Assembly: GCA_019237595.1 (NCBI GenBank)
Contig: JAFAGU010000348.1
Span: 1-40,724 of the forward strand
Length of the DNA: 40,724 nt
Direction: 5' to 3'
DNA from: Betaproteobacteria bacterium
Lineage (GTDB): Bacteria > Pseudomonadota > Gammaproteobacteria > Burkholderiales > SG8-39
Shown here in pieces: positions 1 to 7,789 of the stretch (the stretch's first letter is position 1; every line of letters begins with the position of its first letter). The position numbers and the translations under genes were made by a program. Under the pieces are notes generated by a model. That model did no database searches, was not told where the DNA came from, and saw only the letters and a list, made by a program, of their open reading frames with translations.

Positions 1-1005
1 AAGCGCCAGGACGCCCGCCATCCACAGCGATGCCGCAATGGCCAGCACCTGCACGTAGGGCTCGAAGTAGCTGTGCAGGCGCGCCGGCAGGACGAGGACC
101 GGCAGCGCGGCGAGCGCGGACACGCCTGCGATCGCGAGCGCAACGCTGCGTCGCGCCACCGCCGGATAGAGCGACGAGATGAAGAGCGTAAGGAAAGGCG
201 TGCCGAGGCACAGCGCGAGCGCGTCGATGCGCCTGTAGCGCTCCCACGGCGCCTCCCCGCCCACCATGAAGTGCTGCCAGGAGCCTTCCTTGCCGAGCTC
301 GTAGTGCACGAGCATCGCGACGCAATAGAGCCCGAGCCAGAGCGGCGTCGGGTCGTTGCGCCGCATCGCGTAGAAGAGAAGCGTGAGCAGGGCGAGCAGG
401 ATGTACGAGCCGATCAGCGACGAATCGAGCGTGAGCCCGGCCTCGCGCTGGCGGAGCACACGCTCGTACGCCCCCACCCGCGGCGCGCTCACGAGGCCGC
501 CCTGCCGATGGGAGAAATTGGCGACGTGCAGCGCCAGCTCGAACGGGCAGCCTTGCGCGCCGAGCTTGACCATCTGGCGGATCACCGCCGGCCGGGTCCC
601 TTCCTTGAACGTGCCCGGCTCGCCCTGGTGCGCGATCTCGCGCCCGTTGACGTACGCCCGAAACGCGCTATTCGCCGCGGGAAGCAGCATGCCGAGCTCG
701 TTCCCCGGATCGCACAGCACCGTGAGCCGGTAGGTCCCGTAGCCGTCGGCCGGCCGCGAGGCGTCGTTCCAGGCGCCGGGAACGGAGATCGAGCCCTTGG
801 CGCGCGACGGCTGCGCCGGATCCTCGAACTCCTGCCAGGCGAAGCGCCATTCGCCGGAAAGCTCGACCGGCGGGATGCCGGCCAGGTCGAGCCCGCGCAG
901 GTCGAGCACGCCGTCTTTCGCGCGCGGCGGCGCGTCCGCGGCGAGGCACGAAACGGCGCTCGCCAGAACAATGGCGGCGCAGGTCAGCCTGAGAATGATC
1001 CCCAT
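1..1005 (-). CDS. 7TM-DISM-type membrane sensor, N-terminal part (gene continues beyond left edge; output domain not visible)
   Basis: The minus-strand frame is open from the ATG at 1005 to position 1. It is absent from the ORF track because it has no stop in the window. My translation starts MGIILRLTCAAIVLASAVSCLAADAPP (signal peptide). It continues ELSGEWRFAWQEF...ISVPGAWND...GYGTYRLTV, a pattern typical of the 7TMR-DISMED2 extracellular domain. Several hydrophobic helices follow (LIGSYILLALLTLLFYA, LWLGLYCVAMLVHY, ...). Confidence 0.6.
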   Translation of the reverse strand, partial: MGIILRLTCAAIVLASAVSCLAADAPPRAKDGVLDLRGLDLAGIPPVELSGEWRFAWQEFEDPAQPSRAKGSISVPGAWNDASRPADGYGTYRLTVLCDPGNELGMLLPAANSAFRAYVNGREIAHQGEPGTFKEGTRPAVIRQMVKLGAQGCPFELALHVANFSHRQGGLVSAPRVGAYERVLRQREAGLTLDSSLIGSYILLALLTLLFYAMRRNDPTPLWLGLYCVAMLVHYELGKEGSWQHFMVGGEAPWERYRRIDALALCLGTPFLTLFISSLYPAVARRSVALAIAGVSALAALPVLVLPARLHSYFEPYVQVLAIAASLWMAGVLAL

Positions 1006-1035
1006 ATCCCCAGGCCGGATGATACGAAGAAAAAC

Positions 1036-2322
1036 CTAGCGCTCGAGGATCGCGACGACGCCCTGCCCGCCCGCGGCGCAGATCGAGATGAGGCCGCGCC
1101 CCGACCCGCGCTGCTCGAGCTCCTTGGCGAGCGTGGCGACCACGCGCGCGCCGGTCGCCGCGAAGGGATGCCCGATCGCCACACTTGATCCCCTGGGGTT
1201 GAGTTTTTCTCGATCAATCATCCCCAGGGCGGGTCTTTGTAATTTCTTCCTGCACCAGTCATCCGACTCCCAGGCCTTTAGCGTGCAGAGCACCTGGGCA
1301 GCGAAGGCTTCGTGGATTTCGTAGAGGTCGAAGTCCTGGAGCCTGAGCCCGGCGCGCTCGAGCATCCGCGGCACGGCGTAGGCGGGCGCCATCAGCAGCC
1401 CCTCCTTCGGCCCGGCCATGCCGACAAAATCCACCGCCGCAGTGTCCGAGGCGCGCAACGTGCACTGCACCGGCAGCCCGCGCGCCTTCGCCCACTCCTC
1501 CGAGGCGAGCAGCACGCACGCGGCGCCGTCGGTAAGCGGCGAGCTGTTGCCCGCGGTGAGCGTTCCCTTCTCGCTCCGGTCGAACGCCGTCCGCAACTTC
1601 GCGAGCTGCTCGAGCGAAGTGTCGGCCCGCACGTTGTTATCGCGCTTCAAGCCATTGAAGGGCACGACGAGGTCGTCGAAGAACCCTTCCTTCCACGCCC
1701 GTGCCGCGTTCGTGTGGCTCCGGAACGCAAGCTGGTCCTGCTCGGCGCGCGAGATGCGCCATTCCTTGGCCATCTCCTCGCAGTGCTCGCCCATCGACAT
1801 CCCGGTGCGCGGCTCGCCCACGCCCGGCGGCATGGGTTTCAAGTGACCCAGCCTGAAGTCTTTCCAGGCTTTCACCTTTTCGCCAAAGGTTCTGCCGCGG
1901 GCCGTCTTGAGGACGATTCGCTGGAGAGCCTTTCCATACGAGAGCGGGATATCGCTCGCGCTGTCGACGCCGCCGGCGATGGCGCAGTCGATCTCGCCGA
2001 GCGCGATGCGGTAGCCCAGCTGGATCGTGGCGGAAAGCGACGTGCCGCACGCGCGCTGCAGGTCGTAGGCCGGCGTCTCCGGGTGCAGCCCGCTCCCGAG
2101 CGCGCACTCGCGCGCAAGGTTCCAGTCGCGCGAGTGCTTGATCACCGCGCCGGCGGCGACCTCTCCGATCCGCTGGTTTTTCAAGTCAAAGCGTTCCACC
2201 AGGCCTTTCAGGGCCGCAGTGAACATGTCCTGGTTGCTTGCCTCGGCGTAGGCAGTACCGACGCGGGCGAACGGAATGCGGATTCCGCCGAGGATCGCTA
2301 CGGGACGGGGAAGCGCTGCCAT
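1036..2322 (-). CDS. thiolase family acetyl-CoA C-acyl/acetyltransferase
   Basis: The 428-aa ORF starts MAALPRPVAILGGIRIPFARVGTAY. It shows thiolase-like motifs (ACGTSL near the active-site Cys, and a C-terminal ICAAGGQGVVAILER). The sequence AAGGAGCC lies upstream of the ATG. Confidence 0.9.
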   Translation of the reverse strand: MAALPRPVAILGGIRIPFARVGTAYAEASNQDMFTAALKGLVERFDLKNQRIGEVAAGAVIKHSRDWNLARECALGSGLHPETPAYDLQRACGTSLSATIQLGYRIALGEIDCAIAGGVDSASDIPLSYGKALQRIVLKTARGRTFGEKVKAWKDFRLGHLKPMPPGVGEPRTGMSMGEHCEEMAKEWRISRAEQDQLAFRSHTNAARAWKEGFFDDLVVPFNGLKRDNNVRADTSLEQLAKLRTAFDRSEKGTLTAGNSSPLTDGAACVLLASEEWAKARGLPVQCTLRASDTAAVDFVGMAGPKEGLLMAPAYAVPRMLERAGLRLQDFDLYEIHEAFAAQVLCTLKAWESDDWCRKKLQRPALGMIDREKLNPRGSSVAIGHPFAATGARVVATLAKELEQRGSGRGLISICAAGGQGVVAILER

Positions 2323-2348
2323 GGCTCCTTAGTATGCCTCGAAGAAGG

Positions 2349-2371
2349 CCGTTACCAACGGTTACAACGTT
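2349..2371. promoter_or_regulatory. operator-like repeats in the divergent thiolase / secreted-protein intergenic region
   Basis: CCGTT-ACC-AACGG is an inverted repeat at 2349-2361. GTTACCAACG / GTTAC-AACG is a direct repeat at 2351-2369. AACGTT is a palindrome at 2366-2371. No regulator is identified. Confidence 0.25.
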
Positions 2372-2433
2372 CGAGGAATACCGGCGTACATTGGGTGTCT
2401 ACCGGTAGAGCGTCTTGGAAAACGGAGGACGCG

Positions 2434-2754
2434 ATGACCGTACGCACCGCAGCATTCTTCGCCGCAGCAGTCCTTCTCGCCTCGAGCGGCGTTGCGAGCG
2501 CCGACCGAGGCCATCACTCAGGCGGGTCGGGCGCGCGCTTCCATTCGGGGCCCCACTTCGCGCCGCATTTCCACGCGGCCCCGCGCATCATCATCGGCGG
2601 GGGCTTCGCGCCGCTTTACTACCCGCCCTACTACTACTATCCGCCGCCCGCGTATTACGCGCCGCCCCGGTATCTGTATTACTGCCCGGCCTTCGGCGCG
2701 TACTACCCGCAGGTGCAGCAATGCCCGGGCGGGTGGCAAGCGATTCCCTCCTAG
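2434..2754 (+). CDS. small secreted Pro/Tyr-rich protein with C-terminal two-Cys motif
   Basis: The ATG at 2434 is preceded by GGAGGA. The signal peptide is MTVRTAAFFAAAVLLASSGVASA. A His/Gly region and a YYPPYYYYPPPAYYAPP tract follow, then YYCPAFGAYYPQVQQCPGGWQAIPS. This is the in-frame 3' part of track ORF 1312..2754. Confidence 0.6.
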   Translation: MTVRTAAFFAAAVLLASSGVASADRGHHSGGSGARFHSGPHFAPHFHAAPRIIIGGGFAPLYYPPYYYYPPPAYYAPPRYLYYCPAFGAYYPQVQQCPGGWQAIPS

Positions 2755-2853
2755 CCGCCCGAGCAACACCAGTACTGTCGTTTTGCCGCGCGTGATTGCG
2801 CGGGCCCGGCAATCCGTCTAGCGTGTCGCCATCACCTCTTGGGAGGAGGCGAC

Positions 2854-3573
2854 ATGAAAGAAGATGCGTTCGACCGCCGCGCTTTCCTGAAGAGCGCGGT
2901 GGCTGGCGGCGCGGCCGCTGCAGCCGGAACGCTGCCGAAAAGCGCCGAGGCGCAAGGCACGGCGCCGACCAAGACGCCGGCGCAGGAATCGCCGCCGCCG
3001 ACCTACTCGTTCCTGAATCCCGACGAAGCCGCGTTCATCGAGGCGCTCGTCGACCACATGGTGCCGGCCGACCAGTATTCGCCCAAGGGCACCGACCTCG
3101 GGCTCAACCTCTACATCGACCGCGCGCTCGCGAGCGGCTGGGGCAAGGGAGACCGGACCTACATGCAGGGGCCGTGGAGGCCGGGCGTGCCGAGCCAGGG
3201 CTACCAGCTCCCGCTCACGCCGGCGGCGCTCTACCGCTCCGGCATCGCGGCGGCGAACGCCGCGTGCGCGAAGACCTACGGCCGGCGCTTCGACAAGCTC
3301 GATCCCGCGCAGCGCGAGGAGTTCATGCAGGGCATGCGCTCGGGCAAGGTCGTCTTCGAGGGCGGGCCGCCCTCGCGCGCCTTCTTCGCCACCGTGTACC
3401 AGAACGTGATGGAAGGCATGTTCGGCGACCCGATGTACGGCGGCAACCGCGGCAAGGCCGGCTGGAAGATGATCGGCTTCCCGGGCGTGATCGCCGTGCA
3501 TTACCAGAACGTCGAGAAATTTCGCGGCAAGAAGTACTCGGTCGAGCCGGTCAGCATCTCGGACATGAGCTAG
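2854..3573 (+). CDS. gluconate 2-dehydrogenase subunit 3 (gamma) family protein, Tat-exported
   Basis: The ATG at 2854 follows GGGAGGAGG. A twin-arginine signal is present (DRRAFLKSAVAGGAAAAAG). The gene lies immediately upstream of a GMC flavoprotein, as in membrane-associated flavocytochrome sugar dehydrogenases. Confidence 0.8.
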   Translation: MKEDAFDRRAFLKSAVAGGAAAAAGTLPKSAEAQGTAPTKTPAQESPPPTYSFLNPDEAAFIEALVDHMVPADQYSPKGTDLGLNLYIDRALASGWGKGDRTYMQGPWRPGVPSQGYQLPLTPAALYRSGIAAANAACAKTYGRRFDKLDPAQREEFMQGMRSGKVVFEGGPPSRAFFATVYQNVMEGMFGDPMYGGNRGKAGWKMIGFPGVIAVHYQNVEKFRGKKYSVEPVSISDMS

Positions 3574-3581
3574 GAGGCGCG

Positions 3582-5351
3582 ATGGCCACCAGGCTCAAGG
3601 AAGTGGACGTCGTCATCGTCGGGCTCGGCTGGACGGGCGGCATCCTCGCGAAGGAGCTCGCCGAGGCGGGGCTCAAGGTCGTCGCGCTCGAGCGCGGCGG
3701 GCTGCGCCTGCCGCAGTCCGACTTCACCGTCCCGCAGGTGCGCGACGAGATCCGCTACGTGATCCGCCACGACCTGATGATGGACACGCAGAAGGACACG
3801 CTCACGATCCGCAACAACGTCTCCCAGGAGGCGCTGCCGATGCGCCGCCTGGGCTCTTTCCTGCCGGGCGACACGGTGGGCGGCTCGGGCGTGCACTGGA
3901 GCGGCCACACCTGGCGCTGGACCGACATGGAGTTCAAGGTGCGCTCGAGGTACGAGGAGCGCTACGGGAAGAAATACCTCCCGGAGGACATGACGATCCA
4001 GGACTGGGGCATCACCTACGACGAGCTCGAGCCGTACTACGAGAAGTTCGAGCGCGTCGCCGCCGTGTCGGGCAAGGCGGGAAACCTCCGCGGCAAGATC
4101 GTGCCGGGCGGGAATCCCTTCGAGGCGCCGCGCGCGAACGAGTATCCCCTCCCGCCGCTCACGCCGTTGCTCGCGCAGGAGATGTTCCGCGAGGCGGCCG
4201 CCGCGAACGGCTACCACCCGTTCCCGCGCCCGAGCGCAAACGCCTCGCGCCCCTACACGAATCCCGACGGCGCGAAGTACGGCGCCTGCCAGTACTGCGG
4301 CCACTGCCAGCGCTTCGGGTGCGAGGCGAACGCGAAGGGCAGCGCGCTCATCAGCGTGATCCCGATCGCCATGCGCAATCCGAACTTCGAGCTGCGCACG
4401 CACGCCTGGGCGACGAAAGTGCTGAAGGACCCGGGCGCAAAGCGCGTCACCGGCGTGGCCTACACGAACGTGCTCAACGGCGACGAGTTCGAGCAGCCGG
4501 CCTCGATCGTGCTGCTCTGCGCCTACGCGATCAACAACGTCCACCTGATGCTCCTCTCGGGCATCGGCGAGGCCTACGACCCCGTGACGCAGAAGGGCGT
4601 GATCGGCAAGAACTACTGCTACCAGACCGGCGCCTCGGCGACGCTCTTCTTCGAGGGCAAGCACTTCAACCCATTCATGAACGCGGGCGGCTCGAGCACG
4701 ACGATCGACGACTTCAACGCCAACTGGCAGTTCGACCGCTCGAAGCACGGCTACGTCGGCGGCTTCATCGTCGCCGGCGCCTTCAACACCTCGCTGCCCA
4801 TCGGCTACCGGCCCGTGCCGGCCGGCACGCCCGCCTGGGGCACCGAGTGGAAGGCGGCGACGGCGAAGTGGTACGACACGGCGATGCAGATCAACATGAG
4901 CGGCTCCGTGATGGCGAACCGCTACAACTACTTCGACCTCGACCCCACTTACCGCAACGCCTTCGGCCTGCCGCTCATGCGCATGACCTTCGACTACAAG
5001 CCGAACGAGCACCGGATCGGCGAGCATGCGGCGCAGGTGATCAACGACCTCGCCAAGTCCATGAAGCCCACGCACCTCAATCCCGCGGTGGCGCGCACCG
5101 GCCCCTGGACCGTCGTGCCCTACCAGAGCACGCACAACACCGGCGGCACGATCATGGGCACCGACCCGCGCACGAGCGCCGTCAACAAGTACCTGCAGAG
5201 CTGGGACGCGCACAACCTCTTCGTCGTCGGCGCCAACGTCTTCCCGCACAACTCGACGTACAACCCCACCGGCCCGGTCGGCGCCCTCGCCTACTGGACC
5301 GCCGACGCGATCAAGAACAAGTACGTCAAGAACCCTGGGCTCCTGGTATGA
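3582..5351 (+). CDS. GMC family FAD-dependent oxidoreductase (dehydrogenase large subunit)
   Basis: The ATG at 3582 follows TAGGAGG. The N-terminal dinucleotide-binding motif is EVDVVIVGLGWTGGILAKELAEAG. The C-terminal GMC region reads HNTGGTIMG...VVGANVFP. The protein is 589 aa. The longer track ORF (2796..) is an out-of-frame run across the gamma-subunit gene. Confidence 0.9.
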   Translation: MATRLKEVDVVIVGLGWTGGILAKELAEAGLKVVALERGGLRLPQSDFTVPQVRDEIRYVIRHDLMMDTQKDTLTIRNNVSQEALPMRRLGSFLPGDTVGGSGVHWSGHTWRWTDMEFKVRSRYEERYGKKYLPEDMTIQDWGITYDELEPYYEKFERVAAVSGKAGNLRGKIVPGGNPFEAPRANEYPLPPLTPLLAQEMFREAAAANGYHPFPRPSANASRPYTNPDGAKYGACQYCGHCQRFGCEANAKGSALISVIPIAMRNPNFELRTHAWATKVLKDPGAKRVTGVAYTNVLNGDEFEQPASIVLLCAYAINNVHLMLLSGIGEAYDPVTQKGVIGKNYCYQTGASATLFFEGKHFNPFMNAGGSSTTIDDFNANWQFDRSKHGYVGGFIVAGAFNTSLPIGYRPVPAGTPAWGTEWKAATAKWYDTAMQINMSGSVMANRYNYFDLDPTYRNAFGLPLMRMTFDYKPNEHRIGEHAAQVINDLAKSMKPTHLNPAVARTGPWTVVPYQSTHNTGGTIMGTDPRTSAVNKYLQSWDAHNLFVVGANVFPHNSTYNPTGPVGALAYWTADAIKNKYVKNPGLLV

Positions 5352-5713
5352 ATCGGATTTTGATCTTCACGGCGTTGATCTTTTTCTTCAGCGGAAAAGT
5401 CCTTGCGCAACATGCTTCGAGAGGACAGAAGCTCTTCGGCGAGTGCGCGGCGTGCCACTCGGAACAGAAGGGCGTGCAGAGCATCGGGCCGGACCTGCAC
5501 GGCGTGATCGGCCGCAAGGCCGGCTCGCTCGAGGACTTCCGCTACTCGCCGGCGATGAAGCGAAGCGGCCTCACCTGGACGCCGGAGGCGATCGAGGCGT
5601 ACATCGCCGATCCGCAGAAAGTCGTGCCGCAGAACCGCATGCCCTACGCGGGCATGGCCGACGCGCGCGACCGCGCCGACCTGGTCGCCTACCTCAAGGA
5701 AGCCTTCAAGTAG
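5348..5713 (+). CDS. monoheme class I cytochrome c (c2/c550-like), secreted
   Basis: The ATG at 5348 overlaps the GMC stop (ATGA). A signal peptide is followed by the CAACH heme site and then GPDLHGVIGRKAG...NRMPYAG (Met ligand region). The protein is 121 aa. Confidence 0.85.
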   Translation: MNRILIFTALIFFFSGKVLAQHASRGQKLFGECAACHSEQKGVQSIGPDLHGVIGRKAGSLEDFRYSPAMKRSGLTWTPEAIEAYIADPQKVVPQNRMPYAGMADARDRADLVAYLKEAFK

Positions 5714-5716
5714 CGG

Positions 5717-7369
5717 CTAGTCGAGCGGCTCGACCTTGACGATCGAGGCGCCGTGGTTCGAGCCGATCCAGAAGGCGACGGGGTTGGTCGTGTTGTCCAC
5801 GTGCACGCGCCGGATGTTGGTCTTGCGCGGCAGGAGGTAATTCACCGACGCGCCGGTCTTCGTGTCGAGGCGCGTGACGTAGTCCGTCAGCATCGAGCCC
5901 GTCCATGCCTCGCCGTTGCGGTCGAGCGCCACGTCGTAGGGCGCGGACCAGCGCGGGCTCACCGGCCACTCCCTGAACTCGCCGGTCTTCGTGTCGAGGA
6001 CCGCGATGCGGTCGCCGCGGTACTCGGCGAACCAGAGCCGGTCCTGCGCGTCCATCTGCCCGCGCCGCGGCGCGCGCACGCCCGCCGGGTCGCCCGGAAT
6101 CGGGAAGAGCTTCACTTCGCCCGTCCTCGCATCGACGCGGCCGATGTGGCGCTGGCGGAAGTCGGTGAACCAGGCGTTGTTCTGCGAATCGGGAATGACG
6201 TCGTAGATGTTGTGCGTCTCGCCCTTCGGCGCGTCCTTGAACGGCTCCCAGGTCTCGATCTTCCCGCTCTTGAGGTCCAGCCGGTGCACGCCGGCAAAGC
6301 CGTTGTTCTGCAGCCAGACCTTGCCGTCGACGTGCGCGAACTGCGGGCTTACCATGTTGACCTGCGCCGAGTCGATGTCGTGCTCGCGCGGCAGGCGCCA
6401 GAGCGTGAACTTGCCGCTCTTGCGGTCGAACTTCACGATCGCCGCCTGGTACATGTTGCCGAGCCACAGGTTCCCGTCGCGGTCCTGGCGCAGGCCGAGC
6501 GCGCCGGTGGGGAAATCGGGCTTGCTCAGCTTGATCGGGTACTCCTTCACCGCTCCCGTCTTCGGATCGAGCCGGCCGAGGTTCTGCTCGCCGAAGCTCG
6601 AGAACCAGACGATGCCCTCGCGGTCGACGAGCACGTCGTGGGGCGAGATCGTCTCGCGCGGCAGGTCGTACTCGGTGTAGACGACGCGCGTCGCGCGGCC
6701 GGAAGGCCGGGCGCTCGCCTTGAGCTCGTAGCTCCACTTCTGCGCCTCGCCGAGGTTGACGCTCGCGAGGTATTCCGCCATCGCCCGATTGACCTGGAGG
6801 CGCGCCTCGCCGCGCTCTTCCATCAACCGCTCGCCTCTTCTCAGCTGCGGATGCTGGGGCAGGCTCTGCTGCACGTAGGACTGCATGCGCGGCAGCACCA
6901 TCTTCATGAACGTGTCGGCGTCGTAGCGCGAGCGCGCGATGCGCTCGACCGTGTGGCAGCCGACGCAGTTGAGCAGCTGGCCCTTCTGCTGGTCCGTCCC
7001 CGGCATGCTCGCCAGCCATTCGGCATTCGACAGCTGCGCCGCCAGGTCCTTGGCTCTCACTAGATTCAAGTCCAATGAACTTGCTTTCCCATGGACGAGC
7101 GTTACAGAAGAAGAACCCGGAAGCTCAAAACCGGCTGCGCGGACCTTGATGCCGTAGCGCCCGGGCGAGAGCTTGCTTGCGGGGAATTCGTAGCGGCCTT
7201 CGCGGTCGGTGACGACGCTGACGGTGATCGTCGAGCGCTCTTTTTTCGCGCTCACGATCACGCCTTCCATGGCGCCCTCTTCCGCGGAGCTGACGATGCC
7301 GGTCAGCGCCGGCGCGGCGGCCTGCGCGAGGCCGGACAGGAAGACGATTCCCAGGAGAAGAATTCTCAT
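5717..7369 (-). CDS. secreted CarboxypepD_reg-like domain + CxxCH heme-c site + Vgb/streptogramin-lyase-like beta-propeller protein
   Basis: The protein is 550 aa with a signal peptide MRILLLGIVFLSGLAQAAA. An Ig-like region follows (GIVSSAEEGAMEGVIVSA...TDREGRYEF). It carries the heme site LLNCVGCHTVERI. It then shows repeated propeller-like units (DREGIVWFS, DRDGNLWLG, SQNNAWFTD, AQDRLWFAE, DRNGEAWTG). Confidence 0.7.
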   Translation of the reverse strand: MRILLLGIVFLSGLAQAAAPALTGIVSSAEEGAMEGVIVSAKKERSTITVSVVTDREGRYEFPASKLSPGRYGIKVRAAGFELPGSSSVTLVHGKASSLDLNLVRAKDLAAQLSNAEWLASMPGTDQQKGQLLNCVGCHTVERIARSRYDADTFMKMVLPRMQSYVQQSLPQHPQLRRGERLMEERGEARLQVNRAMAEYLASVNLGEAQKWSYELKASARPSGRATRVVYTEYDLPRETISPHDVLVDREGIVWFSSFGEQNLGRLDPKTGAVKEYPIKLSKPDFPTGALGLRQDRDGNLWLGNMYQAAIVKFDRKSGKFTLWRLPREHDIDSAQVNMVSPQFAHVDGKVWLQNNGFAGVHRLDLKSGKIETWEPFKDAPKGETHNIYDVIPDSQNNAWFTDFRQRHIGRVDARTGEVKLFPIPGDPAGVRAPRRGQMDAQDRLWFAEYRGDRIAVLDTKTGEFREWPVSPRWSAPYDVALDRNGEAWTGSMLTDYVTRLDTKTGASVNYLLPRKTNIRRVHVDNTTNPVAFWIGSNHGASIVKVEPLD

Positions 7370-7380
7370 CGGCGAGCCTC

Positions 7381-7785
7381 TCAGTCCTTGACGAGCGTGG
7401 TGGCGGGAGCGCCTTTTTCCTTGACCATGAAGATGAGCGCCTTGGCGGGCACCGTGTCGCTCGGGTTGCGGGAGACGACGTGGATGTCGCTCGGCGCCTC
7501 GTAGTAGGTGTCGCCGGGGTTGAGCGTGACCGGCTGGCCGCCCTTCACCTGCACCACGAGCTGGCCCTCGAGGAGATGCAGGAACACGTGCGCGTCGTGC
7601 CGGTGCGGAGGGTTGGAAGTGCCGGGCGGATAGACGTTGGCGCGAACGAGTGCCTCCTTGCCTTCCAGGTCCGGCAATGGCTTCACCATCAAGTCCTTCC
7701 CGATGGAGCGGGGGGCGTTCGACTGGGCGCTCGCCGACAGGCCAAAGGCGAGAAGGAACACAATCGCGAAAGTCTTCATCGGCAC
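7381..7785 (-). CDS. secreted cupin domain protein
   Basis: The protein is 134 aa with a signal peptide. The cupin motifs are PGTSNPPHRHDAHVFLHLLEG and GDTYYEAPSDIH. The gene lies 11 nt upstream of the next gene in the same strand block. Confidence 0.75.
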   Translation of the reverse strand: MPMKTFAIVFLLAFGLSASAQSNAPRSIGKDLMVKPLPDLEGKEALVRANVYPPGTSNPPHRHDAHVFLHLLEGQLVVQVKGGQPVTLNPGDTYYEAPSDIHVVSRNPSDTVPAKALIFMVKEKGAPATTLVKD

Positions 7786-7789
7786 CTCG

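Noticed and set aside
73-1188. 371-aa plus-strand ORF, with overlapping ORFs at 383..733, 582..971 and 668..949
   Set aside because: Its composition is Arg/Glu/Asp/Ala-rich with no motifs. It lies antisense or out of frame to a coherent signal-peptide plus 7TM sensor reading frame. This is the typical GC-rich shadow ORF.
2796-3581. N-terminal 262 codons of track ORF 2796..5351
   Set aside because: This stretch is out of frame across the gamma-subunit gene. The GMC protein starts at the SD-preceded ATG at 3582, directly at its FAD-binding motif.
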